From: Pirellulales bacterium
GTDB lineage: Bacteria > Planctomycetota > Planctomycetia > Pirellulales > JAICIG01
Length of the DNA: 64,000 nucleotides
NCBI GenBank assembly: GCA_963786255.1
Contig: CAWAYY010000013.1
Location: 198,767-262,766, forward strand
Direction of reading: 5' to 3'
This document shows positions 54,253-64,000 of the stretch, piece by piece (the stretch's first letter is position 1; every line of letters begins with the position of its first letter). Under the pieces are notes generated by a model that was not told the DNA's origin, ran no database searches, and worked only from the letters and a program-made list of their open reading frames with translations. The position numbers were made by a program, and so were the translations under genes.

Positions 54253-54843
54253 ACAAGTCTCCTTAGACGTTAATCGACCCGCTTGCGGGGCCGCTTGCCC
54301 GGCCTTTACCCTGGCATAGGCGATTTCGAAGCGGCGGACCGCAAACGGCGTCGATTCCTTGGCTTGCTTATCCGTGTCTTTCTGACCGATTGTCAGTCTG
54401 CCACGTAGATGCTCGAGGCCAGCATCCAACTGAAATAGGCGACAAATATTGCGATGCCTAAAACTTTGGGTAAGTCTTCAGACGAGCCCGCCGCCACGTC
54501 GAAACGAGGTCGGCGAGACGCTGGCTAAATGCTCTCAGGTCAAGTGCAACTCGCATTGCTCGACTTTTTCCTCCGTCTGCAAAATCGTCGGGCCATTGCC
54601 AAGCAGGCTTGGCGAAAGCATTGCCAAACGCACAATGTTCATTGCTGCATTTCAGCCGTCGGAAATCCGAATGGCATCGGCGACCGATCAGCTCCTCCAA
54701 GATACGTTGTTAGCATCGAGTTCTCATTGACGCTCAATGAATCCTATCGCTCGGTGCGTCAAAATGGCGTTAAACCAACGATGTGAGAAATCAAAAATGC
54801 ATTAAGACGGCATCAAAGGAGCTAGCGCCTGATCATTTCGTGA

Positions 54844-57049
54844 TCAAGACTTCGGCATCGCCCTCTCGCGCAAAACATTGACTCCCACGTCATATTCGTG
54901 CCGCTGCAAGAGCATGTCGAAGGTCGTTCCCGCCACTTCCAAGTTGTAGATGCGGAGTTCGTTCAGCGATTCGGGGAGCCGCGGGCGATAGAAACAGACG
55001 GATGCTTCAGGTGCGCGATGTGAAGCCCCAGGCAGGCTTGGAAGAGCAGGAAGACTGACGCCGCGGACCAGGCCTGCGCGGCGCAGGCTACAGGATAGGG
55101 AATGGGCCCTTCTCCCGAGGCCGAAGAAAAGCCGCAAAACAGCTCCGGCATGCGATGCAGGGGAAAGCGAAGCCCAGCCTCCAACATGCCCGACCAGAGC
55201 TGCGACGCCATGCCTTCGAGTCCATAACGGGCAAAGCCCTGCGCAATGAGGGCGTTGTCGTGAGGCCAGACCGCGCCATTGTGATACGACAGGGGATTGT
55301 AGCGTTTCTCGCTGGCAGTGACCGTCCGGACGCCAAAGCCGGAGAACGAATCACCGTCCATCAGGCGGCGGGCAAGCGGCCACGCTCGCTCCGAGTTCGC
55401 GATGCCGGTGAACAGGCATTGGCCGGCGTTCGACGTCCGCACCCGGCAAGGCCGCTTGTCGCCGTCGAGCGCCAAAGCGTACGTCGAAAGCTCTTCGCAC
55501 CAGAATGCTTGATCGAATGCCTCCTTCAAGGTCAACGCCTGGTTGCGCAAGGTTGCCGCTCGATCGGCATGGCCCAGCAACTCGGCCAAAGTCGCCGCGC
55601 CCACGCGGCGTAGACGTAGCCTTGCACCTCGCACAGCGCGATCGCTCCTTGCGCCAGCGAGCCGTCGGCGTGAAACACGGCGTCATCGGAGTCCTTCCAT
55701 CCTTGGTGAATCAGGCCGCAGGGCGATTTGCGATGGTATTCGACGAATCCATCTCCGTCCCGATCGCCGTACTCATCGATCCAGTTCAGCGCCGCTTCGA
55801 TATTCGGCCAGATCGTTTCGATGAATGCGCGGTCGCCGGTGCGCTCATAGTAGGCGCCTGCCAAAAGCACAAACAGCGGCGTGGCGTCGACGCTCCCGTA
55901 GTAACGGCCAAACGGCATTTCTTTCAGAATCGCCATTTCTCCGTTCCGAGTCTCGTGCAGGATCTTTCCCGGTTCGGCGTCTTCTTCCGGAAAATCTTCT
56001 TGAGTTTGCGTAGCAGCCAGGTAGTTCAGCACGCCACGCGCAAGGCCGGGCCGAATCCAGAGCGAGGCGAGCGCGGTAATGATGCCATCGCGGCCGAAGG
56101 GCGTATTGAACCACGGGACGCCCGCATAGGGGTAAGGCCCTGTGGGAAGTTCCGTCGTCATCATGTGCAGGTCGGACACAGCGCGGTTGACCCACGCATT
56201 CACCTGCCCATTTGAGGTCGACAGGCGACACGACCAGGACTTGTATCGCTCGACGTCTTTGATCGCCGCCATTCGCGCTTTGCTGTAGGAGGCGAGGCAC
56301 GCGCTGCGCGGCTCGCCATCGCAGCCGACGCTCCATTCCAGGCAAATCTCTTCTTTAGGCGCCAACAGCAAGTCGTACCGAGCGCTCGAAACGCTGAGCT
56401 GCGAAGGGAACGGCGAAAAGCGAATTCGCGTTCGGCGCACGAGGCCATCCAGCCCTCGATACGAGAGCGTCACTTCGCTGCCGCTCACGGACGGCGCCAG
56501 ATCCTGGCCGCGAGCCTCGCGGCGCATGCCGCGAACCTCAAAAATGTCGGCAAAGTCGGCGCTAAAATGGAGGGCGAGCGAAAAGCTCGCCGGTTCCAGG
56601 CCGTAGTTGACGATCGAACACCGCTGGTAGCAGCAGGCGCCCCACAGGAATTTCCAAAGCGCCAGGTGCAAGGTTCCGAGCGGCGTGCACACGCGGCCTG
56701 CTTCGATCAGATCGGGATTGGTCAAGGCGACGGAAAGCTGATCGTTCGCGTTGCCGATCGTCGAACTGAGGAAAAAGGGACGATTGCCTGCCAATTCCAG
56801 CGACAGCGATGAGAGATGGCGGGTGCCGTCGTGGTACAGCCCCTCCTCGCCAAGGCCGCCGGGATTGATATCGCCGAAGTGATCGAAGACGGCGAAGGTA
56901 TCGCCGTGCTTGAGCACGCGCGTCTCATCGTCCATCAGGCTCGATAGCGCGAGAATCGGGCGAGAGCGGGATCCATCGCCCGCAATCGAGCGTGTTGCGG
57001 CGACATCCTGGTCCTCGCCCTCGGCGCATCCGGAAATAGCGTCGGTCAT
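54844..57049 (-). pseudogene. amylo-alpha-1,6-glucosidase / glycogen-debranching-enzyme-like protein (two frame breaks)
   Basis: ATG 57049 (MTDAISG). GDE N-terminal region plus (alpha/alpha)6 domain blocks AGVPWFNTPFGRDGIITAL, GKILHE, DATPLFVLL, GFVEY...GLIHQGWKDS in ORF 55532-57310. YHNGAVWPHDNALIAQG in ORF 54963-55634. Tail in ORF 54844-55137. Confidence 0.85.
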
Positions 57050-57065
57050 GGTTAGGTTCCTGCTG

Positions 57066-58243
57066 TCATTTCGGGTGACGCGCGGCGGGCGGCGATATGC
57101 GCCCGGCGACATTCGCGCGGTCCGCCGGCGCTCGCTGGCGAGCCGCGGCTTGCGCCTTGACTCGGGAGCCGGAGAGCAACGGGAGCGTGCGGCGAAGTTT
57201 CGCGATCGGATCCGGATCAAGGTCGATGAGGCGCGAATAGACTTCGAAATAGTCTTGCGCCATCCGGCCGACGTCGAATCGCTGCTCGAACGCCTGGCGG
57301 CAGCGTCCACGCTTCAGACGCGGTATGTGTCCCAGAACCTCGAGGGCCTCCTCCTCGCACTCCACGAGGAACCCGGTGACGCCGTCCTGAATGATTTCGG
57401 GTACGGAGCCGTTGGGCCAAGCGATGACAGGCGTGCCGCACGCCAGCGATTCGATCATGACCAGGCCAAAGGGTTCAGGCCAGTCGATCGGGAACAGCAA
57501 AGCCGCGGCGTTGCCGAGGAATTCGTCCTTTTGACGACCGCCCACCTCTCCGATGAATTCGACCCACGGCTGCGACTCTCGCAGCAGGGGCTGGATGACT
57601 TGACGAAAGTAGCCTTCTTCTTCCGGATAAACCTTGGCGGCGACCTTGAGTCGCATTCCTGCTCGCTTCGCGATGCGGATGGCTCGGTCGAGTCCTTTTT
57701 CCGGGCACACGCGCCCAGAAAGGCCAGATACTCGCCCTGCCGAGGCTGGTAGGTCAGTAAATCGCTCGGCAGGCCATGATAGACGGTCGCTTCCCAGCGC
57801 CCTCGGGAGCCGGTCGACGCTGATCATTGGAGATGGAAACCAGCGGCGCCTCCGGGTACTGATCGAAAAACGGCTTTAAGTCGGGCGCATGAACGCGTCC
57901 GTGCAAGGTCGTGACGCTCCGGCAAGGCGATCGCCGCAAAAGCGGGAAGTGCATGTAGTCGCAGTGGAAATGCACGATGTCGAACCGCGACACGTTTTCG
58001 AACACTAGTTCCAGCATCCGGACGTGGTGCGGGAGGGTCTCGCGGCAGTTCTCTTCTCGCCACAATGCGCGGGCATGCCGGAATGAGTTTGGCGGCGGTC
58101 TGAGAATCGCCGCTGGCGAACAGGGTGACTTCATGCCCTTGATGCACCAGTTCTTCGGTCAGGTAGGACACGGCTCGCTCCGTGCCGCCATAAAGCTGAG
58201 GCGGTACGCTTTCATAGAGCGGCGCCACTTGTGCAATTCGCAT
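57066..58243 (-). pseudogene. GT4-family glycosyltransferase (glycogen-synthase-like), at least 3 frame breaks
   Basis: MRIAQVAPLYESVPPQLYGGTERAVSYLTEELVHQGHEVTLFASGDS (ATG 58243). DIVHFHCDY...PLVSISNDQRR. C-terminal GRVCPEKGLDRAIRIAK...EPFGLVMIESLACGTPVIA in ORF 57066-57827. Confidence 0.8.
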
Positions 58244-58303
58244 CGGGAGTTCCTTATGCATCGAGTCCGCGATACCGACGCTGGACGCCGGTTCGCTGAC
58301 CCA

Positions 58304-59731
58304 TTACTTGTTCTTGTTCTTGACTCGAATTTGCGGCAGACCTTGGCGGTTCTTCTGGAAATAGGCGATTTCGACGAGTGTCGGCCAGAGTTCGATCGAG
58401 CCCTTGATCGCGCCGATGACGTCGTCGACGATCCTGAGCAGGTTCTGCTGGAAAAAATCGGGCTCGAAGCCATAGAAGGCGCGCTCGAGATTGGCGGCAA
58501 ACATGCGTAGAGACTCGGCTCGTTGTGGGTTTGCCATGCCTCCCGCGGCGGCCTGCGCACGCCGGTGCAGCGAAACGATCTTGTCCAGGATTTCCTGGGC
58601 GTCCTGCGCGGAGATGTGCCCGTCGTAATCGAACTCAATGCTCAATGGATCGAGCCGGCTGACGGTCGACTTGATCTTGCGCTTCAAGAGGTTGGCCAAC
58701 TCCTCGTTGAAGATCTCCGCGGCGGGCAGATTCCGCATGTAATTGTTTTTTGTATGGTGTTGAGCCGCATTGACGTGCGCGGCGACGATCCCGTCCTGTT
58801 GAATCCAGAGCCGGTAGATGTAGTCTTCGAACCGCAACCGCGTCGGAAAAAAAGGCGGCAGCCCGAAAGTGTTGTCGTAGCCCGCCACGCCGCAGTCCAT
58901 CCGCCAATTCTTGTTCGTGATTACGGGGCGGAAGTTCACGAGCACGTACAGCTCGTTCAGGTCGTCCAGGCTGGTTTGCTGATCGTCGTCGAGAAACATG
59001 TCGACGAAGTCGATGGCGTCGATGTCGTGGGTTCCTGAGCGGAACGTCTGCGCGATCTTTACGATCGAGTCGTCGGCCACCTCTCCTCGCCGGAGGATCA
59101 GTGAATTTTCTCGCGACAATCCTTTGGTTGTATTGGTCTCCAGGTCCATCGATGTATCGACGAGCAGCTCCCCGCGCTGGTAGTTTTCCGGCGCCGCGTT
59201 GGTCGGCAGGCCCAGGACCTCGACAAACGACGCCAGGATGTCGAACGACTTGCGTGCGAAGCCGTTTCGCCCCGCCTTCTGCAGCATGCCGCGGCTGACT
59301 TCATTTTCGGCAAGCGATTCAGCGTGGTCGGCCATCAAGGTGTAAGGCCGCATATCGTCGTCGGAACTGACCATCAAGGCGCCGAGCGTGTACATCAGCG
59401 TGTAATTGCGGTTGCCGCCATAACTGGGCCGGAACAGGTTCTTCACCAGTGGTTCCAGCTTTCTGTCGCGGAGTCGCCGGAAAAGATGCGCCAGAAACTG
59501 GTCCTTCTCCGTCGGGCCGACATAAAAGAGATCGTTGTGCGTGGCCGTCTGCTCGAGGAGCGAGAAGTATTTTTCCTGGTTGGCCGGGCTCGAATCATCG
59601 AAGACGATCATTCGGACCGAATGGCCATTGCGCCAGAAGTGTTCGTCGTATTGTTCGACGGTTTCCCCGACGTCGCGCAAGCGGTACGTGGGAATGACGA
59701 AAAGAAGCTCTTTCTCTTGCATGTTTCTCAT
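58304..59731 (-). CDS. hypothetical 475-aa protein, possibly GT-A-like glycosyltransferase
   Basis: Intact ORF with ATG start. N-terminus LLFVIPTYRL...RMIVFDDSS and later SSDDDM resemble GT-A beta-strand/DxD patterns. RFEDYIYRLW block. No family recognised with confidence. Confidence 0.6.
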   Translation of the reverse strand: MRNMQEKELLFVIPTYRLRDVGETVEQYDEHFWRNGHSVRMIVFDDSSPANQEKYFSLLEQTATHNDLFYVGPTEKDQFLAHLFRRLRDRKLEPLVKNLFRPSYGGNRNYTLMYTLGALMVSSDDDMRPYTLMADHAESLAENEVSRGMLQKAGRNGFARKSFDILASFVEVLGLPTNAAPENYQRGELLVDTSMDLETNTTKGLSRENSLILRRGEVADDSIVKIAQTFRSGTHDIDAIDFVDMFLDDDQQTSLDDLNELYVLVNFRPVITNKNWRMDCGVAGYDNTFGLPPFFPTRLRFEDYIYRLWIQQDGIVAAHVNAAQHHTKNNYMRNLPAAEIFNEELANLLKRKIKSTVSRLDPLSIEFDYDGHISAQDAQEILDKIVSLHRRAQAAAGGMANPQRAESLRMFAANLERAFYGFEPDFFQQNLLRIVDDVIGAIKGSIELWPTLVEIAYFQKNRQGLPQIRVKNKNK

Positions 59732-59803
59732 CCATGACGCCCTGCGGCGGTTCGACCTGGCTGAAGCTTCGGGACCGCGGACGACGGAATTGTCAATCGA
59801 TGT

Positions 59804-60731
59804 CTAGCGGAAGGCGGCGCTCACGCTAAAAACGTTCCGCGTCGGCTTCGACCCGGTCAAAGGTCGCCGCCATTGCCGCTCCAGATCGGCGACGCCGTCC
59901 AGGGCGTAGCAATTGCGCAGCGCGGCGTCGTATCCGACTTCTCGGCACGGCGCAGAAAGCTCACGAAGTCGGCCGGCGTTTTACGGTCGACGAGAAACTT
60001 CACCAGCGATAAGCTCTGCCCGTAGAAAACAGGGATTTGTTCGCGGCTGGGCGCAGATTCGTCGGAAGGAAATCGGCCAGCCGCCAGCTCGAACCGCGCC
60101 GCAGGCCGTGGTGGAAATCGCGCAGGTGCAGTGCTTGTTTCGTGGCGGGATCAGCCAGTACTGCCATGCCCTCGTCGGCCCACAGCGGTAATTCCTCGCG
60201 CGGGCCAAATTCATCGGCCAGGATGGCATGCGTCAATTCGTGGGCCAAGGCTCCGTTGAGCCAGCCGGCACGATCCGCGCGAATGTCGATTCGCCGCAGG
60301 ATAATTCTATCCCCTGCCCAGTCGATGAGTGAGGCGCCGATGGTCGCCGCCTGATCGGCGCCCACGGCGCGAAGGTACTCGGCGAGCGTCGCGTGCAAGA
60401 CGATGTCGCACTTGGGAGACCAGTCGCGAGGTTGCTTCGCGCCGAGCCACTGTTTACAAAGCGTACTGCGTAAGCGTTCGCATTGGTTCGCCCAGCCCGC
60501 GGCGTCGGCCTGTTTCCCGATGCCGTGAATACGCAGGTTCTGCGTCTCGACCGTGAGTCTGCCGCTGCGTCGGATCACTCGAGCTTGCTCCGCGACTTGC
60601 GCGGAAGTCGTAACGGCTGTCGCGACGCCGTCGCCGGCGGGCGACGCTGCTTGCACGGAAGCCTCGCACGCAGAGCACAAAGCGATTGCGCAGGCAACGT
60701 TGTAGCGAAGTCGTTTCAAAAAGCGAGACAT
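59804..60731 (-). pseudogene. MA-clan (HExxH) peptidase-like secreted protein (two frame breaks)
   Basis: Signal peptide MSRFLKRLRYNVACAIALCSACEASVQA. Zinc motif ALAHELTHAIL plus WADEGMAV in ORF 60000-60731. Continues as FYGQSLSLVKFLVDRKTPADFVSFLRRAEK, then YDAALRNCYALDGVADLERQWRR in other frames. Stop at 59804. Confidence 0.6.
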
Positions 60732-61016
60732 TGTTCATCACCCGATTTGATTCAAAGGCGGTCCAGCGCCGCCCGGAAATGCGGCCGAGCGCCTGGCGGG
60801 AGCCGTTTCCCAAGCCTGCTGCGCTGACCATGTTGGAATCCTAAAAGGAACCGCATTAAACGGGGGTCAAATCGGAGGCGCGCGCATCAAGAAAGCGTCA
60901 AGGCCGCGGCATCCGTAGCGGAATCTGTGAAGATTCCGTGGGAGCGGCAGTAGCGTCGCACGCCGTATTGGCGTTTGCGGAATTGTGCGGAATGCCCAAG
61001 ACGTCAGCTTGAGCCG

Positions 61017-61733
61017 TTACGTGCGCCGAGTTGCACTGCCGAAGGAATCGGAATCGTCGCGCAATTCGCCCAGAAGGATGTTTCCCGAACGAGGATGATC
61101 GCTGGCTGCACGAGCAAGGTTCTTCTTCGCAGGCTCGTAGGTGGGGTCGAAGTTCCACGCGGCGCGGTAGTAGCTCAGCGCCTCGGGCAAGTCGCCGCGC
61201 ATTTCGTGAATGGCGCCAAGCATGGTGAACGCCTCGGGCCGCTCGGGGGCGATCGCAATCGCATTGTGCAAGTGTTCGACGGCCGCATCGCTGTGGTGCT
61301 GGCTGAGGCAGCGTTTGGCAAGCTCGAAGCGGGAAGCGTAATCGAGCGACTTATCTTCGCACAGCTCGGAACGCGCGAGCACCCGCCGAACCTGGTTTCT
61401 GATCTCCTCGGGCGTAAACGGCTTTTGCAAAAAGTCAACTGCGCCGAGCCGGATAGCGTCCACGGCCGTATCGATCGTTCCGTGAGCGGTAATAATGACT
61501 ACCGGGATTTCTGGACGCGAATCGCGAAGCCAGCGCAGGACCTCCATCCCATCCATGCCGGGCATCCGCAAATCGAGCAGGACCAGCGAGTACGGCTGTT
61601 GTTCGATTTTCTGTTGCGCCTCTTTGCCGGTCGATGCAGTCTCGATCGATGCTGGCAGTTCCGCCAGCGCCTCGGATATCGTGAAACGGATGTTTTGTTC
61701 ATCGTCGACGACGAGGATCGATTCGGGTTTCAT
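61017..61733 (-). CDS. response regulator: receiver domain fused to TPR-like C-terminus
   Basis: ILVVDDEQNIRF...LVLLDLRMPGMDGMEVL...IITAHGTIDTAVDAIRLGAVDFLQKPF. Then TPR-like AVEHLHNAIAIAPERPEAFTMLGAIHEMRGDLPEALSYYRAAWNFDP. Confidence 0.85.
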   Translation of the reverse strand: MKPESILVVDDEQNIRFTISEALAELPASIETASTGKEAQQKIEQQPYSLVLLDLRMPGMDGMEVLRWLRDSRPEIPVVIITAHGTIDTAVDAIRLGAVDFLQKPFTPEEIRNQVRRVLARSELCEDKSLDYASRFELAKRCLSQHHSDAAVEHLHNAIAIAPERPEAFTMLGAIHEMRGDLPEALSYYRAAWNFDPTYEPAKKNLARAASDHPRSGNILLGELRDDSDSFGSATRRT

Positions 61734-61832
61734 CGCTGCTTAACTCCGCGCGTGAGGGTTTCGTCAAGCAGTGTATCATTTGAGGTCGGCCGTGGGTATT
61801 CTGATGCGGACGTTTTCCGAGGTAGCAGAAAC

Positions 61833-63694
61833 TTGTGGACCCTTCGTCAAAAAATCCTGCTCGGCTATTTGGTGGCGCTCGGTTTCGCGGCCGCGGCGCT
61901 CGGTTTCGCAGTTGCGAACCTCGTCAGGCTGGGCGATGCCAGTGATGCCATCCTGCGAGAAAACTACCGCAGCATTTTGGCTGCGGGAGAGATGCTCAGC
62001 GCGCTGGATCAGCAGGAAAACGCCAGCCTTCTGCGGATGCTTGAGATTGGTCCGGAAGCGACCGCGCAATTGATCAAGGCCGATCAGAGTTTCTCGAAAT
62101 GGCTGGAGCGGGCCAAGGACAACATCACGATCGAAGGCGAATCGGAAATTCTGCGCCAGATCGAACGGACCTACGCAGATTTCCTGCATAAATGCGCCCG
62201 TCTCGACCAGATTGGCCGGAAAGATCGCGATCGGGGAGCGGAGTACTATCGCGAGGAGCTCGCACCGCAGGCTGGGGCCGTACGTCGCGCTTGTCGGGAG
62301 CTGCACGACCTGAACCGTTTGACGATGGAGGCCAGCAGCCGACGTGCGCAGAGCGTCGGCCAGGCCGCGGTCTGGTCGGCGATATGCGGGGGCGTGCTCT
62401 CGTTTGCGGGCATCATCGCGTTCAGCGTCTGGTCCGCAAATCGCCTCGTGCGGCCGATCGATCGCCTCGCGCGGCTCACGGAGCGGGTCGCCGCAGGCGA
62501 TTACTGGGTAAACGTCGACGTAGCCTCGCGCGATGAGATCGGCCGCCTTGCCGAAAAATTCAACGCGATGGTCGTCCAACTGAGGGCGTATCACGAGCTC
62601 AATCTGCGACGGATCGTGGGCGAGCAGCGAAAGGCGGAAGCCATTCTCGAAGCGATTGACGACGGGGTGGCGGTCGTCGCGGCCGATGGCGCCTTAGCCA
62701 GCCTCAACCCCGCGGCGGCTCGCATCTTGGGTATCTCCCGGGGCGCCGCCGTGGGCCGCGACCAGACGGAAGTGATTCCTGACGAAGAGCTGCGCGACCA
62801 AATCGCTCGCACGCTAACCGCCGACGACGCGACGAAGACGCCGCCCGGCGGAAACTTGCTAACCATCGCAGGTCCGGGAAGTGCGCCTCGTTATTACGAA
62901 TGGGCGCTCACTCCTATTTCGAATTCAGAGCATGGCGCTTCGGGCGTGATTGTGCTGTTGCGCGACGTGACCACGCTCAAAACGCTCGATCAGCTGAAGA
63001 CGGAGTTCGTGATGATCGCTTCGCACGAACTGCGTAGTCCCTTGACCAGCATCTCCATGAGCATCGGCCTGCTGGACGAACGCGTCAAAGACCAGCTTGC
63101 CGAGGACGACCGGCAACTGCTGGACGTGGTGCAAGAAGAACTCGAGCGTCTGCGGAAGCTGGTGAACGAGCTACTCGATCTCTCAAAGATCGAGTCGGGC
63201 AAGCTGGAGATCGAAATGGCTCCGACGCCGGTGACGTCCTTCTTGGAAGCGGTAGTTGCTCCCTTTCGCCCGCAAGCCCAGAAGCAAGGGATCGCATTGA
63301 CCGTCAAGATCGAAGACGGCCTTCCGCCGGTCAAGGCCGACTCAAATAAGATCGCCTGGGTGGTTGCGAATCTGCTGGGCAATGCGCTTCGATACGCCCG
63401 GCACGAGATCTCGGTATCTGCCGAGTGCGCGGGCGCTGGGTGAATCTGTACGTGCGTGACGACGGTCCGGGCATTCCCCACGAGCAGCAAGCGAGGATTT
63501 TCGATAAATTCGTACAAGTTGAGGGGGACGCCAGGGGCGGCGCAGGCCTGGGCCTGGCAATTTGCAAAGAAATCGTCCGCGCCCACCGAGGAAATATTTG
63601 GATCGAGTCCGAGCCCGGGCATGGCAGCCTGGTTATCGTCGCCTTGCCCATCTGCGACGTCAACGCGCCTCTCTCTTCCCAGGTAGATGCATGA
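61833..63694 (+). CDS. HAMP/PAS sensor histidine kinase (one frame break near 63435)
   Basis: TTG 61833 ([24 protein letters not shown]) with GAGG upstream. The earlier part of track ORF 60975-63443 is antisense to the regulator gene. Second TM, HAMP ([18 protein letters not shown]...[12 protein letters not shown]), PAS, H-box [12 protein letters not shown]. HATPase completed in ORF 63425-63694 ([23 protein letters not shown]). Confidence 0.85.
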
Positions 63695-63923
63695 GCTTTC
63701 AGGCGATTCTCCTGTTAGAAGACGAAAAAATCGGTCAGCGTCACCCGCGCCAAGCTTAGTCCAGGGGCCGGAGATTGCTGGAATGTTTCACGGCAGGGGC
63801 GAATTCATGATCGCGTTTGTGAACCTTTATCTGTGCTTCGCTGTCGTAAAGGTGCTCCGTAGTTCATGAATTCGCTTACGTCCTTTCAGCACCCTCTTTC
63901 GCCGTTTAGCTCGCTTCCGCACC

Positions 63924-64000
63924 ATGTCTGCTCCCTCAAAGCCGCGAACGTCGCACCCGTTTTTCATGTACGAGCACCTGCAGGTCCAGCCGGCTGCGTT
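63924..64000 (+). CDS. 5' end of a probable SIS-domain (GlmS-C-like sugar isomerase) protein, truncated by the window edge
   Basis: ATG 63924: MSAPSKPRTSHPFFMYEHLQVQPAA resembles the HPxxMxxEIxxQP start of SIS-domain aminotransferase/isomerase proteins. Only 25 codons are visible. Confidence 0.35.
   Translation, partial: MSAPSKPRTSHPFFMYEHLQVQPAA

Noticed and set aside
60975-61832. 5' third of the 822-aa plus-strand ORF
   Set aside because: This part is antisense to the receiver-TPR regulator (61017-61733) and has no kinase features. The kinase most plausibly starts at TTG 61833, just before its first TM segment.
1-64000. Search for CRISPR arrays, tRNA/rRNA genes, transposases/IS ends and integrase genes
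   Set aside because: No regularly spaced short direct repeats, no cloverleaf-like conserved tRNA blocks in intergenic regions, no rRNA signatures, and no DDE, tyrosine or serine recombinase motifs in any long ORF. This was done by eye, so small RNAs may have been missed.

Overview
GC-rich bacterial chromosomal window. Gene content points to Planctomycetota (inference): two DUF1559 proteins with prepilin-type N-termini, a PSCyt/DUF1549-DUF1553 + DUF1501 gene pair, a giant secreted repeat protein and many two-component sensors. Left to right: Gfo/Idh/MocA oxidoreductase, lexA, a histidine kinase, pnp-rpsO, acyl-CoA desaturase, ggt, PAS kinase + receiver, the DUF1553/DUF1501 pair, a methyltransferase, and a ~1000-aa secreted protein (two retropepsin-like DTG lobes, four ~300-bp tandem repeats, DUF4214 tail). 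Best candidate for a novel, defence-like system: a four-ORF operon at 22.3-27.7 kb. It combines a DUF559/Vsr-like nuclease-domain protein, an unknown wHTH-like protein and two P-loop ATPase modules, one of them HerA/DUF87/DUF853-like. I cannot assign it to any named system. After it come DUF1559, a solute-binding lipoprotein, a PQQ-like propeller, an FAD oxidoreductase, an aldo/keto reductase, a HelD-like helicase, a spermidine-synthase-like protein and a DksA/TraR zinc finger. The kdp region holds kdpFABC-kdpDE, a second divergent and heavily degraded kdpFABC, and a third orphan kdpF with a kdpA 5' relic. Both full operons carry a conserved unannotated 26-codon hydrophobic ORF upstream of kdpF. 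The window ends with an alpha-glucan-type cluster (amylo-1,6-glucosidase, GT4, unknown 475-aa protein), an MA-type peptidase, a receiver-TPR regulator, a HAMP/PAS kinase and a partial SIS-domain gene. I recognised no rRNA, tRNA, CRISPR array or transposase. The window has roughly 50 or more reading-frame breaks, very unevenly distributed: several 1.5-2 kb genes are intact, others are broken every 100-300 bp. Several breaks sit at short C/G runs, so assembly indels and real pseudogenisation cannot be separated from sequence alone. The ORF track's leading 'M' is sometimes a GTG or TTG codon, so starts were rechecked in the nucleotide sequence where this mattered.
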